This document shows positions 38,301-49,509 of a stretch of 64,000 bases of DNA, in pieces. The notes below the pieces were generated by a model. That model was not told the DNA's origin and searched no databases. It saw only the letters and a program-made list of their open reading frames with translations. The number at the start of each line of letters is the position of its first letter. The stretch's first letter is position 1. The position numbers and the translations under genes are program-made. The DNA is from Mobula hypostoma (lineage: Eukaryota), in NCBI RefSeq assembly GCF_963921235.1, contig NC_086097.1, positions 25,856,001-25,920,000 of the forward strand. Reading direction: 5' to 3'.

Positions 38301-40589
38301 TGTTGGAAGACTGGTGTTTGTGATAACAAAGCTCTCAAGAGGAAGACAGTTCACAAACTTGGACCTTCTTAACCCGATAGAGGGTTATAAGATGATAAGA
38401 GGTATTGATAGAGTGGACAGCCAATGACTTGTTCTGTGGGCAAAAATGGTGAACATGAAGAAGCATAATTTTAAGGTGATTGGAGGAAAGTATAGTGGTT
38501 TTAGAGGTAGTTTTTTTACACAGAGAGTGGTGGGTGCATGGAATGCCCTGCCAGGAGTGGTGATGGAGGCAGATACAATAGAGGCATTTAAAAGACTCTT
38601 AGGTAGGCACGTGGATGATAGAAAAATGGCCATGTGGGGAGGAAGCATTAGATTGATCTTGGAGTGGGGTGGAAGGGCGGTAGTGTGCTGTACTGTTCTA
38701 TGTTCTGTCTCAACATGGCTGTGAACACCTCAGTCTTGTCTATAGAACCTGTGCTGGTCCTGCCATCACTGAGAATGGAGAAGTTCTCATAGCTTTGCAT
38801 TCCATTAGTCTGATTGTGCACCGTGACTAGATATGGTGGAACTGATCTGATCCATTGGCCTCTTGCATTCACACCATCTCATATTGTAGTTTAACCAATT
38901 GGCACCACTTTTAGCATGCATTTCTGCACTGTTGGCTAAATTTGGATTGATAACCTGGCTTGATTGCTTTGGTAGTGTTGGACCACAAGGTTACGTTGTA
39001 GTGATGTGTACAAAGCTCTTGACACATTATGAATGATGAACTTTAAGTTCTAAGTTTGTCTCATTTGGTATTCTTACAGTAGCACACAACACAATCCACA
39101 ATGGCACAACATGGCATCCATCATCAGGCACCCCACCACCCAGGACATTTCCTCTTCTCATTGCTGCCATCAAGGAGAAGATACAGGAGCTTGAAGACAC
39201 ACACTCAACATTTCAGGAACAGCGTCTTTCCCTCCACCTTCACAATTCTGAATGGACAATGAACCCATGTCTCTATTTAAACAATAAGATATAGGAACAG
39301 AATTACGCAATCTTGCCAATCGAGTCTGCTCCGCCATTTTGTCATGACTGATCCAGCATTAATCTCCTGCCTTCTCCCCATACCCCTTCAAACCCTGGCC
39401 AGTCAAGGATCTATCAACCTCTGCATTAATATACCCAGTGACCTGGCCTTCACAGTTTACTGTGGCAAAGAATTCCACAGATTCACCACTCTCAGTCTAA
39501 GGAAATTTCTCCTCACCTCCATTCTAAAGGATGTCCTTCTATTCTGAGGCTGTGTCCTCTGGTCTTAGACTCCCCACCATTGGAAACATCCTCCCGAAAT
39601 CCACTCTACTGAGGCCTTTCAACATTTAATAGGTTTCAATGAGGTCACCCCTCAATCATCTGAATTCCAGTGAGTAGAGGCCCAGAGCTATCAAGCACTC
39701 TTCATATGGCAAAAGCCTTTCAATCCCAAAATCATTTTCATAAACCTCCTTTGAACTTTCCCCAATGTCAGAAAATCCTTTCTTAGATAAGAGGCTAAAA
39801 ACTGCTCACAATACTCCTTAAACCCTCACCAGTACTTTATAAAGCCTCAACATTACCTCCTTGCTGTCATATTCTAGTCCTCTTGAAATGAATGCTAACA
39901 TCGTACTTGACTTCCTCACCACCGACTCAACCTGCAAATAAGTCTTTAGGAAATCCTGCACAAGGACTCCTAAGTCCCTTTGCGCCTCAGATTTTTGAAT
40001 TTCCCTCCATTTAGAAAATAGTCCATGCTTTTATTTCTTCTACCAAAGTGCATGACCACACACTTACCAACTCTATATTCCACCTGCGAGTTCTTTACCC
40101 ATTCTCTAAGTGGTCCCAACACAGGACCCTGGGTGACACCACTGGTCACCAGCAGCCAACCAAAAAAAGGCTCCCTGTATTCCCACTGCTTGCCCCCTGC
40201 CAATCAGCCACTGCTTTATCCACACTAGAATCTTTCCTATAATAGCATGGGCTTGTTGCTTGTTACACAGCTTCATGTGTGGCACCTTGTCAAAGGCCTT
40301 CTGAAAATCCAAATATGGAACATCAACAGATTCCCCTTTGTCTATCCTGCTTGTTATTTCTTCAAAGAATTCCAACAGATTTGTCAGGCAAGATTTTCCG
40401 TTGTGGAAACCATGCTGACTATGGACTATTTTATTATGTGTCAAGTACCCTGAGGCCTCATCCTTAATAATCAACTCTAACATCTTCCCAACCACTGAGG
40501 CAGACTAACTGGTCTATAGTTTCCTTTCTTCTGCCTCTCTCCCTTCTTGGAGGGTGGAGTGACATTTGCAATTTTCTGGTCTTCTAGAA

Positions 40590-41378
40590 CAGGGGTCCCC
40601 AACCTTTTTTGCACCCAGGACCGGTTTAATATTGACAATATTCTTGCGGACCGGCCGACCGGAGGTGGGGGGGGGGTGTGTGTTCAAGTCGGGTTAAACT
40701 CACCTCAACATGTCTTTTGCAGTTAAGGTTGACAACCTTCTCACTCCCAAATAAGGGACAAAAGTAGCAGTCAAATCCCGGGACACTTTACCCCCAGAAG
40801 ACTACCATGACCATGAAGCCTTGCGCGGGCACCTGTGTGCGCATGCATGATGTGGCATGTAATATACGCATGCGCATACGTGCCGAATTTTCCCCCCACA
40901 AATCAGTTTTGCCTTCATTTTCCTGACTATACTGTACATACATTATTTCTACTTTATATAGGCTGTGTATTTATCATATCATTCCTGCTTTTACTATATG
41001 TTAATATTATTTATTTTTGGTTTTATGTGTTATTTGGCATGATTTGTTAGGTTATTTTTTTGGGTCTGGGAACGCTCAAAAATTTGGTAATTGCTTCTTC
41101 GCTTCACGCCATTTCCGCACAAAAGGTTTCATAGGAACACTCTACCTTAGTGGGGGAAATACGGGACAAGGGTGGTCCCGTATGGGACAAACCAATTTAG
41201 CCCAATATACGGGATGTCCTGGCAAATACAGGACAGTTGGCAACCCTATGTTCAAGTTCAACAGTGCGTGACAGGGAATGAGGAAAGGTGCAGCTGACTC
41301 ATATCGTTTCCTCACGGCCCGGTAGCACATGCTTTGTGGCCCGGTACAGGTCTGCAGCCCGGTGGTTGGGGACCGCTG
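40590..41378. mobile_element. Non-autonomous hAT (Charlie-type) DNA transposon
   Basis: TIRs CAGGGGTCCCCAACC and GGTTGGGGACCGCTG; 8-bp TSD TTCTAGAA at 40582-40589 and 41379-41386, fitting the NTCTAGAN preference. Confidence 0.92.
40689..41248. mobile_element. Second hAT-like element nested in the Charlie-type element
   Basis: 8-bp direct repeat TGTTCAAG at 40681-40688 and 41249-41256; right end GTTGGCAACCCTA; left end TCGGGTT, with an internal TAAGGTTGACAAC at 40724-40736; GGGACA subterminal motifs. Confidence 0.7.
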
Positions 41379-43529
41379 TTCTAGAACCATTCCAGAATCT
41401 AGTGATTCTTGAAAGATCATTACTATTGCCTCCGCGATCTCTTCAGCCACCTCTTTCAGAACTCTGGGATGTAAACCATCTGGTCCAGGTGACTTATCTA
41501 CCTTTAGACCTTTCAGTTTCCCAGTACCCTGCTCTCTAGTTATGGTAATGTTACACATCTCATGCCCCCTGTCATCTGGAACTTCCATCATATAGTTAGT
41601 GTCTTCCACAGTGAAGACTGATGCAAAATACTTATTGAGTTCATCCACTATTTCGTTGCCCCCCCATTACTACCTCTCCAGCATCATTTTCCAACAGCCC
41701 ACTATCAACTCTCACCTCTCTTTTACACTTTATGTATCTGAAGAAACTTCAGGTCTCCTCTTTAATATTACTGGTTAGTTTACCTTTGTATTCCATCTTT
41801 TCCGTCTTTATATCTTTTTTAGTTGCCTACTGTTGGTTTTTATAAGCTTGCCAATCCTCTAACTGCCCACTAATTTTTTTCTCTATTATATGTCCTCTCT
41901 TTGGCATTTATGTTGGCTTTGACTTCTTGTCAGCCACGGTTGTGTCATCCTGCCTTTAGTCTGCCTCTTCCTCTTTGGGATATATATATCCTGCACCTTA
42001 CGAATTGCTCCCAGGTACTCCGACCATTGCCGCTCTGCTGCCATCCCTGCTAGTGTTCCTTTCCAATCAATTTCAGCGAGCTCCTCTCTTCATGCTTCTG
42101 TAACTCCACTGTAATACTGATACCTCTGACTTCGGCTATTCCCTTTCAAATTGCTGGGTGAATTCTATCATATTATGACCACTGGCCCATTAGGGTTCCC
42201 TTACCTTCAGCTCTCTAATCTATTCCAGTTCATTGCACAACACTCAGAATAGCTGATCCTCTAAAGAGCTCAACCGCGAGCTGCTCTAAAAATCCATCTC
42301 ATATACACTCTAGAAATTCTCCCTCTTGGGATCCAGAACCAACCTAATTTTCGGAATCTACCTGCATATTGAAATCTATCGTAACTATTGTAACATTGCT
42401 CTTTTGATATATATTTACTATCTCCCATTGTAATTTGTAGACCACATTTTTACTACTGTTTGGGTATCTGTATATAACTTCCATTAGGGTCTTTTTACCC
42501 TTGCAGTTCCTTAGCTCTATCCACACCTTCCAACCCTATGTCACCTCATTCTAATGATTTGATTTCATTTTTGACCAACAGAGCCACACTATCCCCTCTG
42601 CCTTCCCGCCTGTCCTTTCTATACAATGTGTATCCTTGGACATTAAGCTTCCAGATGTAATCTTCTTTCAGTTACAATTCGGTGATGCATAAAATGTCAT
42701 ACATGCAAATCTGTAACTGCGTTACAAGTTCATCTACCTTATTCTGTATACTGCGCATATTCAAATTTCAGTCCTGTATTTACCCTTTTTGATTTTGTCT
42801 GCCTTTTACATTGTAACTCATCCTTTTGACTGCAATTTTGCCCTATCACCAGCCTCTCCTGGCTAGCAGTCTCACTACACACTGCCTCTGTTTGAATACC
42901 AACGACCCCATCCTCAGCCCGGTTCCCATCCCTCTGCCAAATTAGTTCAAATTTGGGGGGAGGGGTGGGATATTTCTAATAGGTGCTGTATGTTGTGAAA
43001 TTCGTTGTTTTGTGATAGCAGTACAGTTCAAACAGTGATCTTTGCAGAGATCATTTGTACAACTAAAAGGCACACTGTACAGTGCCTATTAAATACAGAG
43101 GATGCAGCTGGAATCACATGCAGACTAGACTGGGAGTGGCAAAACTCCTTCACCACTAAGAAATTAAACCAAGATCCCATCAGCCCTCTCAATTCTCACT
43201 GAAAATCCATCACAAAGGACCCTCAACGTCTAGAACATGCACTCTTCTCATTACTGTCACCAGGGAGGAGGTACAGGTGCCTAAAGACTCGCATTCAATG
43301 ATTTAGGAACAACCAGCTTTTTCTCCTCTACTGTCAGATCACTGGAAGTGTTCCTGGATTCATGAACCAATCTCCTTATTCCTTTCCTTTCTTTTGTACT
43401 GTTCATTTGTTTTCGGAATTTAGTCATTTTCTACCCTTGCTCGGTACTGCTGCTGCATCACAAATTCCATATCATGTAAGTCGGAGGTAATAAATTTGAT
43501 TCTGTACAGCAGCGATGTGCATCCTAGTA

Positions 43530-44110
43530 CAGAGCAACACCCACAAAATGCTGAAGGAGCTCAGCAGGTCAGGCAGCACCCACGGAGGGAATAAATAGTC
43601 AAAGTTTTGGGCCAAGATCCTTCATCAGGATGGGAAGGATGAGGGAAGAAGCCAGGATAAGTAACTGGGGGGTAAGGGGGGAAGGAGTACCAGCAGGCAG
43701 GTGATAGGTGCAGCCACGTGAGGGGGAAGTTGGGTGGGTGAGGGAGGAGGAATGAGGTGGTAGGTGGGAGAGGTACAGGGCTGAAGAAGAAAAAGATCTG
43801 ATAGAGGACAGTGGACAATTGGAGAAAGGACAGTGGGAGGACACGAGAGATAGGTGATGGACATGTGAAGAGAAGAGGTGAAGGGGGAGCCAGAATGCGG
43901 AGGTGGGGTGGTGGTAGGGAAGAGAAGGGAAGGAGGAGCAGGGAGAAATTACCAGAAGTTAGAGAATTCGGTAGGTTTATAAAAGACGTCAGTGGACAGT
44001 TTGTCTTCAGAGCTGGAGACAGAGGGATCAGGAAACAGGAGGGAGGTGTCAAAAATGCACAAGTGAATTTAGGAGCAGGGTGGAAGTTAGAGGCAAAGTA
44101 GATGAAATTG
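43530..44110 (-). mobile_element. Internally deleted Penelope-like element (RT remnant joined to terminal repeat)
   Basis: Minus-strand frames NFIYFASNFHPAPKFT and SEDKLSTDVFYKPT (PLE-type RT C-terminus), then pyrimidine tract, CTGATGA core at about 43597-43631 and the family terminus. Confidence 0.78.
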
Positions 44111-44189
44111 TTTTATGATTCTTCAGTTAAATTCGATCAGACCTGGAGATCTTTTATTCAACACCTCATAATAATTTAGAATGTTTTAT

Positions 44190-47081
44190 AGTCAATGAAC
44201 TGGACTGCAGCCTGGATCTGTACAGTGTGAAGTAGAACTGATCAAATAATCTGATGGAAATTGGTAAGTATGATGTCGTGGGAATAACAGAGACATGGCT
44301 TCAAGTGGACAGGGCCTGGGAAATGAATATTCAAGGGTATACGTCCTATCGAAAGGACAGACTGATGGGCAGAGGGGGTGGGGTGGCTCTGTTGGTGAGG
44401 AATGATATTCAGTCCCTTGCAAGGGATGACATAGAATCAGGAGATGTAGAGTCAGTATGGATAGAACTGAGAAATTCTAAGGGTAGAAAGACCCTAATGG
44501 GAGTTATCTACAGGCCCCCAAACAGTAGTCTGGATGTAGTGTGTAAGTTGAATGAAGAGTTAAAATTGGCATGTCGCAAAGGTAATGCTACAGTTGTTAT
44601 GGGGGACTTCAACATGCAGGTAGACTGGAGGAATCAGGTTGGTGCTGGATCCCAAGAAAGGGAGTTTGTGGAGTCCCTCCGAGATGGATTCTTAGAACAG
44701 CTTGTACTGGAGCCTACCAGAGAGAATGCAATTCTAGATTTAGTGTTGTGCAATGAACCGGATTTGATCAGGGACCTTGAGGTAAAGGAGCCATTAGGAG
44801 GTAGTGACCATAATATGATGTTTTAATCTACAATTTGAGAGGGAGAAGGGAAACTCGGAAGTGTCAGTATTACAGTTGAACAAAGGGAACTATGGTGCTA
44901 TGAGGGAGGAGCTGGCCAAAGTTCAATGGAACAATTCCCTAGCAGGGATGACAGTGGAACAGCAATGGCAAGTGTTTCTGGGAATAATGTGGAAGGTGCA
45001 GGATCAGTTTATTCCAAAGAGGAAGAAAGATCGTAAGGGGAGTAAGGGGAGGCCATGGCTGACAAGGGAAGTAATTGACAGCATAAAAATAAAAGAGAAG
45101 AAGTATAACATATCAAGGATGAGTGGGAAGCCGGAGGATTGGGAAACTTTTAAAGAGCAACAGAAGGTAACTAAAAGGGCAATATGTGGAGAAAAAATGA
45201 GGTACGAGGGTAAACTAGCCAAGAATATAAAGGAGGATAGTAAAAGCTTCTTTAGGTATGTGAAAAGGAAAAAAATAGTTAAGACCTAAACTGGGCCCTT
45301 GAAGACAGAAGCGGGTGAATTTATTATGGGGAACAAAGAAATGGCAGACGAGTTGAACAGATACTTTGGATCTGTCTTCACTAGGGAAGACACAAACAAT
45401 CTCCCAGATGTAATAGTGGCCAAAAGACCTAGGGTAATGGATGAATTGAAGGAAATTTATATTAGGCAGGAAATGGTGTTGGATAGGCTGTTGGATCTGA
45501 AGGCTGATAAGTCCCCGGGACCTGATGGTCTGCATCCCAGGGTACTTAAGGAGGTGGCTTTAGAAATCATGGACGCATTGGTAATCATTTTCCCATGTTC
45601 TATAGATTCAGGATCAGTTCCTGTGGATTGGAGGGTGGCTAATGTTGTCCCTTTCTTCAAGAAGGGAGGAAGAGAGAAAACAGGGAATTATAGACCGGTT
45701 AGCCTGACGTCGGCGGTGGGAAAGAAGCTGGAGTCAATTATAAAAGATAAAATTACGACACATCTGGATAGCAGTAACAGGATTGGTCCAAGTCAGCATG
45801 GATTTACGAAGGGGAAATCGTGCTTGACTCATCTTCTGGAATTTTTTGAGGATGTAACTATGAAAATGGACAAGGGAGAGCCAGTGGATGTAGTGTACCT
45901 GGACTTTCAGAAAGCCTTTGATAAAGTCCCACATAGGAGATTAGTGGGCAAAATTAGGGCACATGGTATTGGGGGCAGAGTACTGACATGGATTGAAAAT
46001 TGGCTGGCTGACAGAAAACAAAGAGTAGCGATTAACGGGTCCCTTTCGGAATGGCAGGCGGTGACCAGTGGGGTACTGCAGGGTTCAGTGCTGGGACCGC
46101 AGCTGTTTACAATATATATTCATGAATTAGATGAGGGAATTGAAAGTAACATTAGCAAATTTGCTGATGACACAAAGCTGGGAGGCAGTGTGAAATGTGA
46201 GGAGGATGTTATGAGAATGCAGGGTGACTTGGACAGGCTGGGTGAGTGGGCAGATGCATGGCAGATGCAGTTTAATGTGGATAAGTGTGAGGTTATCCAC
46301 TTTGGTGGTAAGAACGGGAAGGCAGATTATTATTTCAATGGAGTCAAGTTAGGAAAAGGGGAAGCACAACGAGATCTAGGTATTCTTGTACATCAGTCAC
46401 TGAAAGCAAGTATGCAAGTACAGCAGGCAGTGAAAAAAGCTAATGGCATGCTGGCCTTCATAACAAGAGGAATTGAGTATAAGAGCAAAGAGGTCCTTCT
46501 GCAGCTGTACAGAGCCCTGGTGAGACCACACCTGGAGTACTGTGTGCAGTTTTGGTCTCCAAATTTGAGGAAGGACATTCTTGCTATTGAGGGAGTGCAG
46601 CGTAGGTTCACAAGGTTAATTCCTGGGATGGCAGGACTGTCATATGTCGAAAGATTGGAGCGACTGGGCTTGTATACACTGGAATTTAGAAGGCTGAGAG
46701 GGGATCTTATTGAAACATATAAGATTAAGGGATTAGACATGCTGCAGGCAGGAAGCATGTTCCCGCTGATGGGTGAGTCCAGAACCAGAGGCCACAGTTT
46801 AAGAATTAAGAGTAGGCCATTTAGAACGGAGTTGAGGAAAAACTTTTTCACCCGGAGAGTGGTGGATATATGGAATGCTGTGCCCCAGAAGGCTATGGAG
46901 GCCAAGTCTCTGGATGCTTTCAAAAAAGAGATGGATAGAGCTCTTAAAGATAGTGGAATCAAAGGTTATGGGGATAAGGCAGGAACTGGATACTGATAGT
47001 GGATGATCAGCCATGATCACAGTGAATGGCGGTGCTGGCTCAAAGGGCTGAAAGGCCCACTCCTGCACCTATTGTCTATTG
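44190..47081 (+). mobile_element. Near-complete CR1 ORF2 (APE endonuclease + RT) with two disruptions
   Basis: EN: GITETWL, YRPP, MGDFN, LDLV, GSDH (44254-44826); frameshift near 44822; in-frame TAA at 45287-45289; 565-aa RT ORF with FADD; ctattgtctattg tail. Confidence 0.92.
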
Positions 47082-47790
47082 ACAAATTTATCCCTAACAT
47101 CCTGCAAGAGATCTCTAAACATCGACCACATGTCCACAGTACATTTCCCTGCAAAAACATCATCCCAATTCACACCCGCAAGTTCTAGCCTTATAGCCTC
47201 ATAATTTGCCCATCCCCAATTAAAAATTTTCCTGTCCTCTCTGATTCTATCCTTTTCCATGATAATGCTAAAGGCCAGGGAGCAGTGGTCACTGTCCCCC
47301 AGATGCTCACCCACTGAGACATCTGTGACCTGACCCGGTTCATTAACTAGTACTAGATCTAGTATGGCATTCCCTCTAGTCGGCCTGTCCACATACTGTG
47401 ACAGGAATCCGTCCTGGACACACTTAACAAATTCTGCCCCGTCCAAACCCTTGGAACTAATCAGGTGCCAATCAATATTAGGGAAGTTAAAGCCACCCAT
47501 GATAACAACCCTGTTATTTTCGCACCTTTCCGAAATCTGCCTCCCAATCTGCTCCTCTGTATCTCTGCTGCTACCAGGGGGCCTATAGAGTACCCCCAAT
47601 AGAGTAACTGCTCCCTTCCTGTTCCTGACTTCCACCCATACTGACTCAAAAGAGGATCCTGCTATATTACCCACCTTTTCTGTAACTGTAATAGTATCCC
47701 TGACCAGTAATGCCACCCCTCCTCCCCTTTTTCCGCCCTCTCTATCCCTTTTAAAGCACTGAAATCCAGGAATATTGAGAATCCATTCCT
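47082..47790 (-). mobile_element. CR1 endonuclease-domain fragment
   Basis: RGGGVALLVRD, LYRPP, FNFPNIDW, AILDLVL, GDSDH in one open frame. Confidence 0.85.
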
Positions 47791-48089
47791 GTCCTCCCAC
47801 ATTCCAAAGACGTACGGGTTAGGGTTAGTGCGTTGGGGGTATGTTGGTGCCTGAAGTATGGCAGTACTTGCGGGCTGCCCCCAGCACATCCTCGGACTGT
47901 GTTAGTGATTGACACAAAACAAAGTACTTGTGACAAATAAAACTCATCTTAAAGAATGGTGCAATTGAGATTAACGAGCTTAACAATGGATGATTCTACC
48001 AATAATCTAAACTAAAAATGCTATGAATTCTTGGAAACGTGACTTATTTTAGTCCCACATCCTTGCTAATTTGAGAGATTTTAGTTACC

Positions 48090-48380
48090 TTAAGTTGCAT
48101 CCCTGCAGTTCAAGATCTTGGTTTCAATCCCCTTGGAGGCACATTCATATCCGTAGTCCCATTGAGGTAGTGCTGGCTGTCTTCCTTTGGGCACTAAAAC
48201 AAAAGTCAATGTAGAAGATCCCAGAGGCTTACGTGAAAGAGCAGGGAGTTTTCCCTGGAGCCCTGGTTAGTGCAAGGCTGTATATTGGATACTGCTGTGG
48301 ATGCTGACTGTGTCACTTTCTATTTAATCAGCATTTTGGGGCACCCCAAGACCGTATATAATGAGAGTATGCCTCTTTTA
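48090..48380 (+). mobile_element. Ancient Deu-domain SINE remnant (AmnSINE/SacSINE-like)
   Basis: agaagatcccagagg...aaagagcagggagttttccctggagccctgg resembles the Deu domain as recalled; highly diverged. Confidence 0.4.
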
Positions 48381-49509
48381 AGAGGAGCTTCATAATCTGC
48401 ACTGTTGACTTTCCATACAAGTGTTTTCAACTGTCTGTGACTGAGCTAACAGAAGGTTACAAGCCAGTGGCTGGGGAGTGCTAAGAATCTAGAGTTGGGG
48501 AGTAATGGTCCTCTGCATGTGGAGATATTGCTGGTGCTCACTTTATGGTCCTGCATCTGAAGAATGAGCACAGGTTAACTTACCTATACCCAGGGGCAAA
48601 ACAAAAGAGCTTGGTCCTTGAGGTTTGCCAGGTCAAAGCACCCAAGTGAATCGCGCTGCAGCAGGCTTGAATGTGTGGAATGTGTGGCAACATTTGCAGG
48701 CTGCCCCTTGGGTGTGCTGGTTGTTAACACAAGCGACACATTTCACTGAATGGTCTCATGTACAAATAAATTTGAATCAGGTCAAGGATGACTTCCTACA
48801 ATAAATATGTCGTTCATAGATATATTCCCAAAAATAAACACATGGAATTCAACACAATTAAAGGAAGGACGTGGAGGTTTAAGAGTGCAGTAGAGGTTCA
48901 CCAGGATACTAACTGGATTACAGATTATTAGCTCAAGGTGGCAGCATCCATCATTAAGGACCTTCATCACTCAGGACATGCCCTCTCCTCATCACTACCA
49001 TTCGGGAGGAGGTACAGGAGCTGGAAGATCCACACTCAACGATTCACGAGTAGCTCCTTCCCCTCCATCAGATTTGCAAATGGTCCATGAACCCATGAAC
49101 ACCACCTCATAATTACTTTTTTTGGATTTTTTTTTGTAACTTACGGCAATTTTATGTCTTTGTGCTGCACTGCTACCACAGACCAAAAATTTCAGGTCAT
49201 GTAAGACAGCAATGATAAACTTGATTCTGACAAACATGATTTGATTCCTCCAGAGCATCAGAGGCTAGAGGGAGAACAGATAAAAGTTTGTAAAATTATA
49301 GGAGGCATAGATTGGGTAGAAATAGAGGGCATAGCTTTAGGGTGAAAGGGGAAGCTTAATGGAGATGTGAAGATAGGTCTTATTACAGAGAGCAGAACAC
49401 GGTGCTGGGGTGGTAGTGGAAGCAGATTGAGTAGAGAAGTTAAAGAGGTACTACACATGAATATGCAGGGGGAATGGAGGGATATGGATTGTAGGTAGTT
49501 AGCAAGTGC

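Larger units (their letters stand above)
39280..42950 (-). mobile_element. Long degenerate CR1 (EN to 3' end) hosting hAT elements
   Basis: WIELRNCKGKKTLM..DFNMQVD (EN), KSPGPDGLHPRVLKEVA, SQHGFHNGKSCLTNLLEFF, YLDFQKAFDKVPH. Confidence 0.85.
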
